Assembly: GCA_965198225.1 (NCBI GenBank)
Contig: CBDAOY010000006.1
Coordinates: forward strand, 608,001 to 672,000
From: Terriglobia bacterium
Lineage (GTDB): Bacteria; Acidobacteriota; Terriglobia; 20CM-2-55-15
Direction of reading: 5' to 3'
DNA length: 64,000 nt
Under the pieces are notes generated by a model. The model saw only the letters and a program-made list of their open reading frames with translations. It had not been told where the DNA came from and did no database searches. Numbering within the stretch: the first letter of the stretch is position 1; each line of letters begins with the position of its first letter. Below are positions 30,029-39,070 of the stretch, piece after piece. The position numbers were made by a program, and so were the translations under genes.

Positions 30029-30267
30029 ACCAGCATCGCTTTCCGTCTCCCTCCTCGACCTCGCCCGCAAGACCCATCGGCGATGGTGCCGATAGCACTG
30101 TTAAAGGCCACTTAGACTCCCGCGGGACGCTCAGGTCACCAGTCCAGGCCGAAATTCGTTTTGTATTGCTGTCGTTTCCTTCTTCGCCTGTCACTTCTGG
30201 ACTAATCGTCGCACTCTGGGCACTCGGCCGGCTGTGGGCGAGCTCACATTCGGACAATGTCCCATAA

Positions 30268-30315
30268 GTTGACTTGGACGTTTGAGTAGGGGCGATTGGA
30301 TGTACTTAGATGGAT
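30268..30315. repeat. Junction palindromic site, degenerate
   Basis: GTTGAC-TTGGA-CGT...-CTTAG-ATGGAT. Confidence 0.45.
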
Positions 30316-30418
30316 CTGCTCGCTTACGCGACACGAATTCTCTCGGCGCTGAGCGAGCCGATGGTTAGAATCTCCCAATGCTCGGGCCGTCCGGCCCTGG
30401 CGCAAGTGAGGTGAACCC

Positions 30419-31873
30419 ATGGTCAGAACTAAATCCGTTACGATAGGAGCCGCCCTCGTCGGAGTCCTGGCGTTGTTTCTCGCGGCAGCTCCGGTCGAGG
30501 CGCAGCTCGCGAGCCCGAGTGAGGACCCGGATGTCCAGGGGGCGATCAGGCTCTTCTCTGCGTGGCTCGACGGTCAGGTCGCCTATCGACAGCTTCCCGG
30601 CGTGGTGGTGGGCGTGGTGTCCGACCAGGAGCTCGTGTGGGCCCAGGGCTTCGGCTTCGCGAACGTCGATGCGAAGCGACCAATGGCGCTGAACACGCGG
30701 TTTCGCATGGCGTCGCACAGCAAGCTGTTCACCGCGACCGCGATCATGCAGCTGCGCGAGCAGGGCCGGCTCAGGCTCGACGATCCGGTGTCGGAGTATC
30801 TGCCCTGGTTCCGGGTGCAGTCGGCCGCCCAGGACGATCCGCCGATCACTATCGAGCACCTGCTCACCCACAGCTCCGGCCTTCCGCGCGAGGCAGGATC
30901 GCATTGGAGCGACTGGGAGTTTCCCACCCCCGAGGAGCTGAGAGAGCTCATCCCGAAGCGGCAGGCGCCATTCTCACCCGAGACCCGCTGGAAGTACTCG
31001 AACCTGGCGTACACGATCGCCGGGATGATCGTCGAAGCGGTGAGCGGCGAGATGTGGGCGCAATATCTTCAAAACAACATCTTCGATCCGCTCGGGATGT
31101 CGGCATCGAGCGTGGACCGCGACGTCGCAAGCTTGGCCACGGGCTACAGCCGCCGCATGCCGGACGGGTCGCGGCAGGTCATTCCCTTCGTCGATGCGCG
31201 CGGGATGGCCGCGGCAACCGGCCTCACGTCCTCGGTCGAAGACATGGCGAAGTTCGTCTCGGCCCAGTTCCGGAAGGGGCCGAGGGGTGGCGACCAGATT
31301 CTCAGCACCGCTTCTCTGCGGGAGATGCATCGTGTGCGGATGCTCGAGAGCACGTGGACCCAAGGGCAGGGGATCGGGTTCGCGGTCAGGCGCGTCGGGG
31401 ACAAGCTGTACGTGGGGCACGGGGGCGGCTATCCGGGCCATACGACGAACACCCTGATCCAGCTCGACTCGAAGGTAGGCGCGATCGTCCTGACGAACAC
31501 AAACGACTCGAATCCCGCGGACATCGCGCGACAGCTCATGAGCACGGTGGGCGAAGCCGTTGCCGAGGCGACCGCGACCGAGCCTGCCGTCCTCACGTGG
31601 GACCCGGCATGGGAGCGGTTCGCAGGGCTCTACCGGAGAATCGGTGGGGATAGACAGGTCGTCCTCCTGAACCAGCGCCTGGTGGTGATGACCCCAAACG
31701 CGCGCAGCATTGACGATTCGGTCGGGCTCGAGCCGATAGGCGACGGTCTGTTCCGTCTGACCGCTCCGACCGGAGGGGGGGCGGTCGGAGAGGTTGTCCG
31801 GTTCGTCGAGGAGAACGGACAGGTGGTCCGGATGATCATAGGGGATTCCTACGCGGATCGGGTCGGGAACTGA
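30419..31873 (+). CDS. Serine hydrolase, beta-lactamase/AmpC-like family, secreted
   Basis: SHSK (SxxK), LLTHSSGL, YSN and HGG motifs. Confidence 0.92.
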   Translation: MVRTKSVTIGAALVGVLALFLAAAPVEAQLASPSEDPDVQGAIRLFSAWLDGQVAYRQLPGVVVGVVSDQELVWAQGFGFANVDAKRPMALNTRFRMASHSKLFTATAIMQLREQGRLRLDDPVSEYLPWFRVQSAAQDDPPITIEHLLTHSSGLPREAGSHWSDWEFPTPEELRELIPKRQAPFSPETRWKYSNLAYTIAGMIVEAVSGEMWAQYLQNNIFDPLGMSASSVDRDVASLATGYSRRMPDGSRQVIPFVDARGMAAATGLTSSVEDMAKFVSAQFRKGPRGGDQILSTASLREMHRVRMLESTWTQGQGIGFAVRRVGDKLYVGHGGGYPGHTTNTLIQLDSKVGAIVLTNTNDSNPADIARQLMSTVGEAVAEATATEPAVLTWDPAWERFAGLYRRIGGDRQVVLLNQRLVVMTPNARSIDDSVGLEPIGDGLFRLTAPTGGGAVGEVVRFVEENGQVVRMIIGDSYADRVGN

Positions 31874-31950
31874 TCGCTGTGAGGTGAGCTTCAGAGGGGC
31901 GAGTTCCCCTTCCGCGATCGGCTGTCCGCCAAGCGGGGCTTCCGGACACA

Positions 31951-31990
31951 ACCCACTCTGGTTGTATGGCGGCTCCACGTCCATGTGGAT
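31951..31990. repeat. Junction palindromic site (40 bp)
   Basis: ACCCAC-TCTGG-TTGTATGGCGGCTCCACG-TCCAT-GTGGAT. Confidence 0.75.
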
Positions 31991-32018
31991 GCTGTAGGTT
32001 GCCGCTGGAACGCCGAAC

Positions 32019-32473
32019 TTACTTTGGTCTTTTTTTTGGCCCGGACTTTCGGCGCTTCCGCGACGGCGAACGGGTTCCCGCTTTGCTGGTTACAAACTTG
32101 TAGGCCATGCCGAGCAAGTCCCGCAACACATCAGGATTGACGCTAGACAGGCGAACCAGAACGACGTCGTAGCCGACATAGTGGTCCGTCACGTAGTAAA
32201 CATCAGGGGCATCAGCGAGCAACTGGTCGCGAACATCGAAATCCACCCGAACGGCAAGTGAACCGGGTTCGGCCGAGCGATTAGCTGGCACACATGCCAG
32301 GAGTTTTCCGCCTACCTTGAGCGCGGGGAAGCCGTACGCGAGGTGTGGTTGGCGTGTGGACGGTGCCTTCAAACTTCAGCAGAACCCCCTGATCGATCCG
32401 TGCTTTCCTCCATACCAGGCAACGCAAGTCCGATATTCCGTACGGTGTCGAAGTTGATTGTGCTTTCGGGCAT
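32019..32473 (-). pseudogene. MmcQ/YjbR-like protein disrupted by a 59-nt insertion
   Basis: MPESTINFDTVRNIGLALPGMEEST|insert|AYGFPALKVGGKLL...YYVTDHYVGYDVVLVRL. Confidence 0.8.
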
Positions 32474-32547
32474 TGGTCAGTGCGATTTCCGAGGTGTGGT
32501 TGGCGTGTGGACGGTGCCTTCAAACTTCAGCAGAACCCCCTGATCGA
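32339..32547. repeat. Exact 58-bp direct repeat (32339-32396 and 32490-32547)
   Basis: CGAGGTGTGGTTGGCGTGTGGACGGTGCCTTCAAACTTCAGCAGAACCCCCTGATCGA occurs twice. Confidence 0.95.
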
Positions 32548-32723
32548 GGTAGATCAAGAAGGAATCGCCCACACCGAAGGGTTCTACCGGGCCGACCTGC
32601 CAAACGAAGACCGGCGCGTCGCCCAGGCGCTCCGCTGCCACACTTGCGGGCCGGCACCATGCGAACATCGACGGAGCCCTCGAGGTCCGACGGCTCTCGG
32701 GACGCGGATCCGCAGACCGTTCC

Positions 32724-33581
32724 CTACTTGGGCACTGTCCGCCGCCACTCGTCGTACTGGCGCCGGAGATCCAACAGCGGGTTTTCCGCCCCACGCTCGG
32801 TACGCACGGAGAGCGCGAGCCAGGGCGCTTTGTCGGTACCCGCGTCCGTCATACCGATGTTCTCGGCGGCGTAGGGTTCGTCACCACCGCGCGCGACCAG
32901 GATGGCCGCCATGGACGTGGTCTGCCGCACGTTCCCCTGATTGCAGCGGACGTCGCCGCCGGCGATGGATCCGGCCTCGAGAGCCCGAATGAGCCGGTCG
33001 GGCAGTGTGTTGAAGCCCGCCGGATCGTCCCAACGGTAGGCATCGAGGGGATTCTGAACCACCTCCGAGCTGGCCAGGGTGTTCCCCTGCGAGCTCACGC
33101 CTCGGCTGGGGTCGGCCATCACTCCGGCGTAGCGGGCGGCGCCGTCCTCGCTGGCGACCATCCCCTGCCGGAGGGGGGTGGTGTAGCCGGCGGTGCGCAC
33201 GAAACCGTCGTTCATGGTGACCACTCCGTACTGTCGGCGCTCGAGCTCGCTGTCCCACTCGGGGTCCGTCACCCGCGCGATTACCTCTTCGGCGGTGAGC
33301 CCCTCCTTGATCGCCTCGAACACGCGGTTCCGGTTGTCGATGTTGAAGCCCGCCTGAGTCGCAGCGGCCCCCTTTCCGGGCACCAGTGCCGCCACAGCGT
33401 CCCCGTTCCTCGTGACGCAGGAAGACACCGCGACCCCCACGTCGCCCGTCTCCGGATCTACTCCCACGATCGACCACGTGGTCATGTCCATCTCGGTGGG
33501 ATACTCGGTCGCCTCGGGGGCGACACAGGCGGCGAGAAGCAGGCCGCCCAGCAGCAGGAACATTCTCTTCAGCGTACGCAC
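32724..33581 (-). CDS. DUF1028 (Ntn-hydrolase-like) lipoprotein
   Basis: Lipobox LAAC, 'TWSIVGVDPETGDVGVAVSS', 'RQYGVV', 'QGNTL', 'AGGDVRC'. Confidence 0.85.
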   Translation of the reverse strand: MRTLKRMFLLLGGLLLAACVAPEATEYPTEMDMTTWSIVGVDPETGDVGVAVSSCVTRNGDAVAALVPGKGAAATQAGFNIDNRNRVFEAIKEGLTAEEVIARVTDPEWDSELERRQYGVVTMNDGFVRTAGYTTPLRQGMVASEDGAARYAGVMADPSRGVSSQGNTLASSEVVQNPLDAYRWDDPAGFNTLPDRLIRALEAGSIAGGDVRCNQGNVRQTTSMAAILVARGGDEPYAAENIGMTDAGTDKAPWLALSVRTERGAENPLLDLRRQYDEWRRTVPK

Positions 33582-33635
33582 GTCTATTCCTCCAGTTCGC
33601 AGGTTGACGTCCTCAGTGGGCGAGTCTGAAACCGG

Positions 33636-33675
33636 GCCGAATCACCCGTATATAAGACTACAGTCGGGGGTCAAC
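33636..33675. repeat. Junction palindromic site next to a kinase N-terminal relic
   Basis: Core CGTATATAAGACTACAGT-CGGGG-GTCAAC. ATCACCCGTA(T/G)ATAAGACTA recurs at 28013-28032. Confidence 0.55.
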
Positions 33676-33916
33676 AGCAATCAGAGAGTCACCCGGTCGT
33701 CATAGCGCCATGCCGATAAGCAGGAAGCCCGTTATCAAAGGGGCTTTCGACAGAAGACAGTTTGCAGCATAGGCGACTTCTCGGAAGTTGAGAACAGATC
33801 GTTTATTGGGCGTTGAGAATTTGATAGCGCTTAACTCACTCCTCTAGTATCTTTTGCCGAGTTTTTCACGGCTTTTTCAGCAACACAATATAACGATGGA
33901 ATCCGGCACAAAACTC

Positions 33917-33956
33917 CGCCACTACGAGATCTCAACGCCCTTAAGTAAGGGTGGAA
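33917..33956. repeat. Junction palindromic site, degenerate (40 bp)
   Basis: CGCCAC-TACGA-N18-TAAGG-GTGGAA. Confidence 0.5.
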
Positions 33957-34105
33957 TGGGTGAAGTGTGGCCGGGATACGAAGCCGCGACGGCCTGCGGC
34001 CGCGCGCGGGTTGTTGTCGGATTGAGTTGATTCAGGCTAAGGTGCCTTAGCGCGGCCTCTATTAACCAAGTTTGAATTATCAACCTGAATATTAAGGAGC
34101 GGAGA

Positions 34106-34894
34106 ATGGCAACGACGTGGCGAGTTTCTGGACGCATACAGGTTTCGGTGAATGAGCGCGAATCTGAGGGCAGAGTTCGTGAGACCGGAAATATGCAAGG
34201 TGTAGAAGTAGAAGTATTTGGTTCCCTTTTGAATTCGGGTAACACTAGAGACACCTGGTGGAGCCTTGAAACTGTGATTCACGAGGTAATGCACTTGTGG
34301 AACTATGATCACAACACCGGCACGTCCAATTGGCTCCAGGCGGTTTGTGATGGCAACACCCACTCTTTCCAGGAAAAGCCCGCAATCGCGTTTCACGAAG
34401 GATTTGCTGAGTACGCAATGGACGATCTTCTTCATGAGATATGGGGACTGAACCGTGTGGAACCCTTTAATAGGCATAGCGTGCGAAACAGGAGTGGGCA
34501 GGCGCTTACCAATCTAAAGGTCGTGGAAGGGAGCGACGAAGGTGTCACAAATGCCCTCCACACGCTGACGACTCCTGATATCTACACGCGAACCTTCGGG
34601 ACACGGACTAGCACCACCCCGAGGGGCAGTCGAGCGGGCACTACCACTACGACCGGCAGGAATTGCCCCCGCAGCCCCAACCTCGATTTGTGGGATGTCC
34701 TAAAAGTTTTCAAGCCCGCGCCACGGTCAGGTTGGAAAACTGCTTGGCAAGTGGGCAGGCCGTCCTATGGCATCGTCCGATTCTTCAAGCGCGCGGCAGA
34801 TGTTCTGCCTTCGTTTGGTTCACAAGCCGAGAGATTGTATCTGGCTCTGATAGACCCAGACTCGAATGTGGAACCGCAAAGCCGCTGCAGATAG
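34106..34894 (+). CDS. Hypothetical protein with an HExxH zincin-like motif
   Basis: 'VIHEVMHLW' and downstream 'AFHEGFAEY'. AAGGAG RBS. Lower GC than its neighbours. Confidence 0.6.
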   Translation: MATTWRVSGRIQVSVNERESEGRVRETGNMQGVEVEVFGSLLNSGNTRDTWWSLETVIHEVMHLWNYDHNTGTSNWLQAVCDGNTHSFQEKPAIAFHEGFAEYAMDDLLHEIWGLNRVEPFNRHSVRNRSGQALTNLKVVEGSDEGVTNALHTLTTPDIYTRTFGTRTSTTPRGSRAGTTTTTGRNCPRSPNLDLWDVLKVFKPAPRSGWKTAWQVGRPSYGIVRFFKRAADVLPSFGSQAERLYLALIDPDSNVEPQSRCR

Positions 34895-34948
34895 GCGGAT
34901 AAGCGGTATAAGCAGGGTCCGACGACTATGGCAACACCACGCGCTTGC

Positions 34949-35005
34949 ATCAACATCGTCCTAAACTGGTTTGAAGAACTGAAGGAACGGGTGCCAGTTT
35001 CCTGA
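34949..35005 (+). pseudogene. Isolated C-terminus of a kinase-TolB family protein
   Basis: INIVLNWFEELKERVPVS*. Confidence 0.7.
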
Positions 35006-35571
35006 TTTTCCGGGTCAAGTCCTGATAAATCATCTTGTCGGACATTGACCACCAGGCCGTAACGGCTACCCGTAGAAGGCCCCGTAGCAAAGGACGACAG
35101 ATTACCCGCCATAAGTCGCCTAGCGTTTAGGAATGAGCAGCATCAATGACCAAAAAACTGGCTTACGGTTTCGAACGCAAGATCTAGGATAAGTACTATT
35201 AGGAGAGTAACTTGAGGTCAATGAAAAGGTCAGATGCTCGTAATACGCCATGTTTCTATCGGAGATGGTCCGGGACCGACAGTGGCAGGAATGATCCGGG
35301 GCATGTCGGATAGAACGGTTTGAAGTGAGGCGCAGGCGCGGTCGGGAGGGAAAGCCCTATGGGTTTTCAATCGAGGGGCCGGGGGGATATACAAGCAGCC
35401 GACTCGATGTTGGGACATGGAGTGGGCCGAACTTTGCGTTGCGCTGCCCGGTTCTGAGGTTTCCGAAGCATTCGGACCGGACTCGAAAGGCCCAGTTGAC
35501 AGATCCCAGACACACTGGCGCGGTGCAGTCCAGCGGGCCGCGAAGTGGACGTGGTTGTGGAGCATTGACGG

Positions 35572-36756
35572 TTAGGTACTGTCGAGAATCGGGACCGGCC
35601 TGGATGTGATGAACCCGAGTTGGAGCGCGGTGAAGCGTTCGACGATGCGCATGGTTCCGTGACAGAGCGGACACGGTTCCGGCGGAGTGTTTGGGGGCGG
35701 AGAGTCCGGCTCCGACGTGGGTGTCTGGCCGAGGAGTCGCCGACACAGCCCGAGCATCACGGCGCGTTTCCGATTGGCCATCCATCCGAAGTAACGGATG
35801 CGGGGAAAGCCTTTCGGCAAGACGTGGTGTAGGAACCGCCGGAGGAACTCCTCCGGGGCCAGTGTCATCGTGCGGGGTCGTCCGTTGTGGCGGTAGTCCT
35901 TCCATCGGAATGTGACGCCGTCGGAGGTGACGCTGATGATGCGATGGTTAGAGATCGCCACCCGGTGCGTGTAGCGGGCCAGGTACTGGAGCACGTGTTC
36001 GGCACCGCCGAAGGGCGGCTTGGCATAGACGACCCAGTCCCGGTCTTTGAGGTCATCGATGAACTGCTGGAAGCGGGATGGGTCGGCCAGTTGCAGGCAT
36101 TCGCCGTGGAAGGCGAGCGTCTTGTTATCGAACGCCTCAGCCAACCCATCGAGGAACTTCACTCGGAAGACGGCACTGAGTTTCCGGACCGGAAGCAGGA
36201 AGTCGGACCGCGACGGATGGACCCACCGGTCGTGATCCGGTGAGGGTCCGCCACCGGGAACGACGCAATGGATATGGGGATGCCGTTCCAGGGTCTGTCC
36301 CCAGGTGTGCAGGATGCTGAGGAAGCCGGCTTCGGCACCCAGATACTTCCGTTGAGCCGCGACCTGGATCAAGGCGGCGGCACTGGCGTGAAACAGGAGC
36401 CGGTAGAGGACGCGCTTGTTCTGCCAGATGAGTGGGACCAACTGATGCGGCAGGCTAAAGACCAGATGGTAGTAACCGACCGGCAACAGTTCCTGCTGCC
36501 GTTTCTCGACCCAGGTGTTTCGGGCCTGGGTCTGACACTTCGGACAGTGGCGATTCCGGCAGGAATGGTATAGAAGTGTGTCGTGGCCACATCGTTCGCA
36601 TCGTTTCCGGTGACCGCCTAATGCTTGGGTCCGACAACGGGTAATCGCATTCAGGACTTTGACCTGGGGCCAGGTCAGCGCCCGCCGATACCGGTTTCGG
36701 AATCGGTCTCCTGCGATGCGAACGACCTGGGCCACCTCAAAGCGTGGCCGGCTCAT
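35572..36756 (-). CDS. IS91-family HUH transposase
   Basis: SCRNRHCPKC, HPHIH, YLARY, RIRYFG, CPLC. Confidence 0.93.
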   Translation of the reverse strand: MSRPRFEVAQVVRIAGDRFRNRYRRALTWPQVKVLNAITRCRTQALGGHRKRCERCGHDTLLYHSCRNRHCPKCQTQARNTWVEKRQQELLPVGYYHLVFSLPHQLVPLIWQNKRVLYRLLFHASAAALIQVAAQRKYLGAEAGFLSILHTWGQTLERHPHIHCVVPGGGPSPDHDRWVHPSRSDFLLPVRKLSAVFRVKFLDGLAEAFDNKTLAFHGECLQLADPSRFQQFIDDLKDRDWVVYAKPPFGGAEHVLQYLARYTHRVAISNHRIISVTSDGVTFRWKDYRHNGRPRTMTLAPEEFLRRFLHHVLPKGFPRIRYFGWMANRKRAVMLGLCRRLLGQTPTSEPDSPPPNTPPEPCPLCHGTMRIVERFTALQLGFITSRPVPILDST

Positions 36757-37630
36757 CGCTTTGTCTCCTCAACAACGGCAGGCAGGTGCAACTGATCCAG
36801 GGGGTTGCGTGCCATCTCCAGGTGACGGCGAGACAGCTGGAGATACAGCGTGGTATCGGACAACCGGCTGTGTCCCATCAAGAGCTGGATCGTGCGCAGG
36901 TCGGTCCCCGACTCAGCAGATGCGTACCGAAGCAGTGGCGCAGCGTATGGGGACCGACTTTCTGCTCAAGACCGGCCCGTTCCGACGCCCGACGGACCGC
37001 ATACCAGACGACCTTGTCCGAGATCGGCCGTTTCACACCCCGGTGTCGGGCACTGCTGGGAAACAGATACCCCGCCGGCCGTTTCAACAACCAGTATTGC
37101 CGCAGGGCTTCCAGCAAGCTCGGGCTCAACGGCACATCTCGGTCCCGACGACCTTTGCCCTGGCGGATATGCACCAGCATCCGCTCACTGTCGATATCGG
37201 TGACCTTCAACGTCGATGCTTCTGTGCGCCGCGCTCCGGTTCCGTAGAGCACCATCAGGATCGCCCGGTGCATCGGTGTCACTGCCGACTGGATCAACTG
37301 CCCGACTTCATCGGGGCTTAGGATCGTCGGTAGTTTCCGGGCCGTCTTGGGAAACGGCAGGTCATCGATCCCCAGATCGGCTCGACGCAGCACCTTCTTG
37401 TAGAGGAATCGCAAGGCGGAGATCCGCGCCTCCACCGTGTTCGGGGCCAGCTTCTGCTTCCGCAGCATGTGCAGCTGGAACCGTCGCAGTTCTTCGGCTC
37501 CCGCATCGGCGGGAGACTTGCCGCAGTATTGGCGGAACTGGTCGAACGTGATCAGGTAGCTGCGAATCGTTCCAGGCGCGTAGTTGCGTCGCCGGAGCTC
37601 GTCCAGCAGTCGTTTTCGTAGTGGGGTCAT
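36753..37630 (-). pseudogene. Tyrosine recombinase, frameshifted at ~36914
   Basis: Adding one G after HTLRHCFGTHLL restores ESGTDLRTIQLLMGH...TTLY and the ATGA overlap with the transposase. Confidence 0.88.
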
Positions 37631-37764
37631 AAGCCACCTCCTTATGACCGCCACTGTATGGGATGGGATCTATCTACAGGACGCCGACTCCGAGCGCCTG
37701 CGGCTTAGTTCTAACCGCCGATACGGAAACCTGGAAACCGGCTGAAATGGGGCTTCAGGCCGCG

Positions 37765-37803
37765 AGCCACTTTGGAGTATCGGCGACTTGTCAAGAGCTG
37801 GAA
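37765..37803. repeat. Junction palindromic site (39 bp)
   Basis: AGCCAC-TTTGG-AGTATCGGCGACTTGTCA-AGAG-CTGGAA. Confidence 0.65.
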
Positions 37804-37926
37804 GGATGGCGAACGCTGCGATGCTCGCAGCAGTATAGAGTCAGGGGCGCCTACGCCAAGGGTGTCTTGCGGCGTGCAGAACGCTGCCGCGTGAGAGGGA
37901 CCGTCAGTTTGTCTACCCAGATTCCG

Positions 37927-38610
37927 TCAATCGCTCACTGTCCTTGAATTAAAGCGGAGCAATCCGCCGCCGAACAGAATTCCCAGAACCGAAGCAGCGA
38001 CGTTAGCAGCGAGAGGGCCAACGACGTTAGCCACGGGAGGTCCACCGAAAATGATAAAGGGTCCGAAGAGCACGAGGTTCATAAGAAGGAGCGAACCGGC
38101 GAACAGAAGTACTACACCTGTTTGTTGCTCGCGATGATAGCGGACGACCAGCCAGCCACACATTGCCCCGACCATGAGAGGCAACGCGACTGCGAATACA
38201 AAGGGGTAGACATGGCGTAATCCGGCCCATTGGTTAGAGGAGAAAGGTCCAAGTACCGGCATCCACATGAAGCTCCACGCAGTCTTGATTGGTTGGCCCG
38301 GCCCAATCCAGACGTCCCAGCCGTTCCCGGAGAAGAAAGGGCTGACGAAAGGGAAGATCATCGCTTTGCCGCAAAGAATCCACATGCCCCAACCTGTCAG
38401 AAGCGCTCTGGCGGCGATCCACTTGTGTCCTTGAATCTCCCTGAAGAAGCTTACCGGAATGGCTTTCATCGCCTGACGCCAATACCACATCGCGCTGGCT
38501 TTCTGCAGGTACTGCTCCGCAAGATCGCCGAGGACCGCATCATTGTTGGGTCCGGACCCAAAACGTTTCAACATCCACGTTGCAACTCTGGGGGGCTTTT
38601 TCGACGTCAC
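37927..38610 (-). CDS. PadR-associated membrane protein (permease-prefix domain)
   Basis: 'PPRVATWML...VLGDLAEQY...WYWRQ' followed by TM helices. GTG start overlaps the padR stop. Confidence 0.8.
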   Translation of the reverse strand: MTSKKPPRVATWMLKRFGSGPNNDAVLGDLAEQYLQKASAMWYWRQAMKAIPVSFFREIQGHKWIAARALLTGWGMWILCGKAMIFPFVSPFFSGNGWDVWIGPGQPIKTAWSFMWMPVLGPFSSNQWAGLRHVYPFVFAVALPLMVGAMCGWLVVRYHREQQTGVVLLFAGSLLLMNLVLFGPFIIFGGPPVANVVGPLAANVAASVLGILFGGGLLRFNSRTVSD

Positions 38611-38942
38611 GCTTTCTCTCCCTTTAGTTCCGGCAAACCTTTCCACAAGTTCATCAGGGATCGTCGGGCATCACGGACCTCACGTATCCCAGCGCCAGTA
38701 ATACGAAAATGGCGTTTTGCTCGGCCGCCACGCTTGGGAGTGGCCTCGCCCAGTCTTGAAGTAACCAGGCCACGTTCCTGAAGACGCTCCAATGTTGCAT
38801 AGACACTCGCGACAACGACTTCGCGACCTGTCTGTTCTTCAAGCTCCTGGGCGATCGTCACCCCATAGGCATCCTCACCCAAACGCAGAAGTGCCAGCAA
38901 CAGCATGAGGTCAAAGTTTCCGAGATAGCCGCCCTTTCGCAT
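38607..38942 (-). CDS. PadR family transcriptional regulator
   Basis: 'LGNFDLMLLLAL...AYGVTI...VYATLERL...GGRAKR'. IR TTCAG-N4-CTGAA at 38946-38959. Confidence 0.9.
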   Translation of the reverse strand: MRKGGYLGNFDLMLLLALLRLGEDAYGVTIAQELEEQTGREVVVASVYATLERLQERGLVTSRLGEATPKRGGRAKRHFRITGAGIREVRDARRSLMNLWKGLPELKGEKA

Positions 38943-39070
38943 TTATTCAGAATACTGAAGAAATTTAGCGTATGGCAAGTGTCGTTTCAGAATTGTTTCT
39001 AGGTTAGGAGAAGCATCGAGATGCTGCAGATACTGCAAGTCAGGTTGCCGGAGTACCGCCTTCGGCAAGA

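Larger units (their letters stand above)
35250..37715 (-). mobile_element. IS91-like element carrying a tyrosine recombinase (copy E2)
   Basis: Same gene pair and end motifs as E1. CGCC direct repeat at 35246-35249 and 37716-37719. Confidence 0.78.

Noticed and set aside
30257-30284. ATGTCCCATAA resembling a XerC arm (also ACTTCCGATGA at 12121)
   Set aside because: No TTATGTWAA XerD arm after a 6-nt spacer, so it is not a dif/pdif site.
30419-31873. Calling the serine hydrolase an antibiotic-resistance beta-lactamase
   Set aside because: The motifs (HGG rather than KTG) fit the broad esterase/peptidase branch. Activity cannot be inferred.
33720-33890. Possible IS end (CTTTTTCAGCAACAC)
   Set aside because: No partner inverted repeat or transposase found.
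1424-37803. The dispersed palindromes as a CRISPR array
   Set aside because: Degenerate, kilobases apart, no regular spacers and no cas genes.
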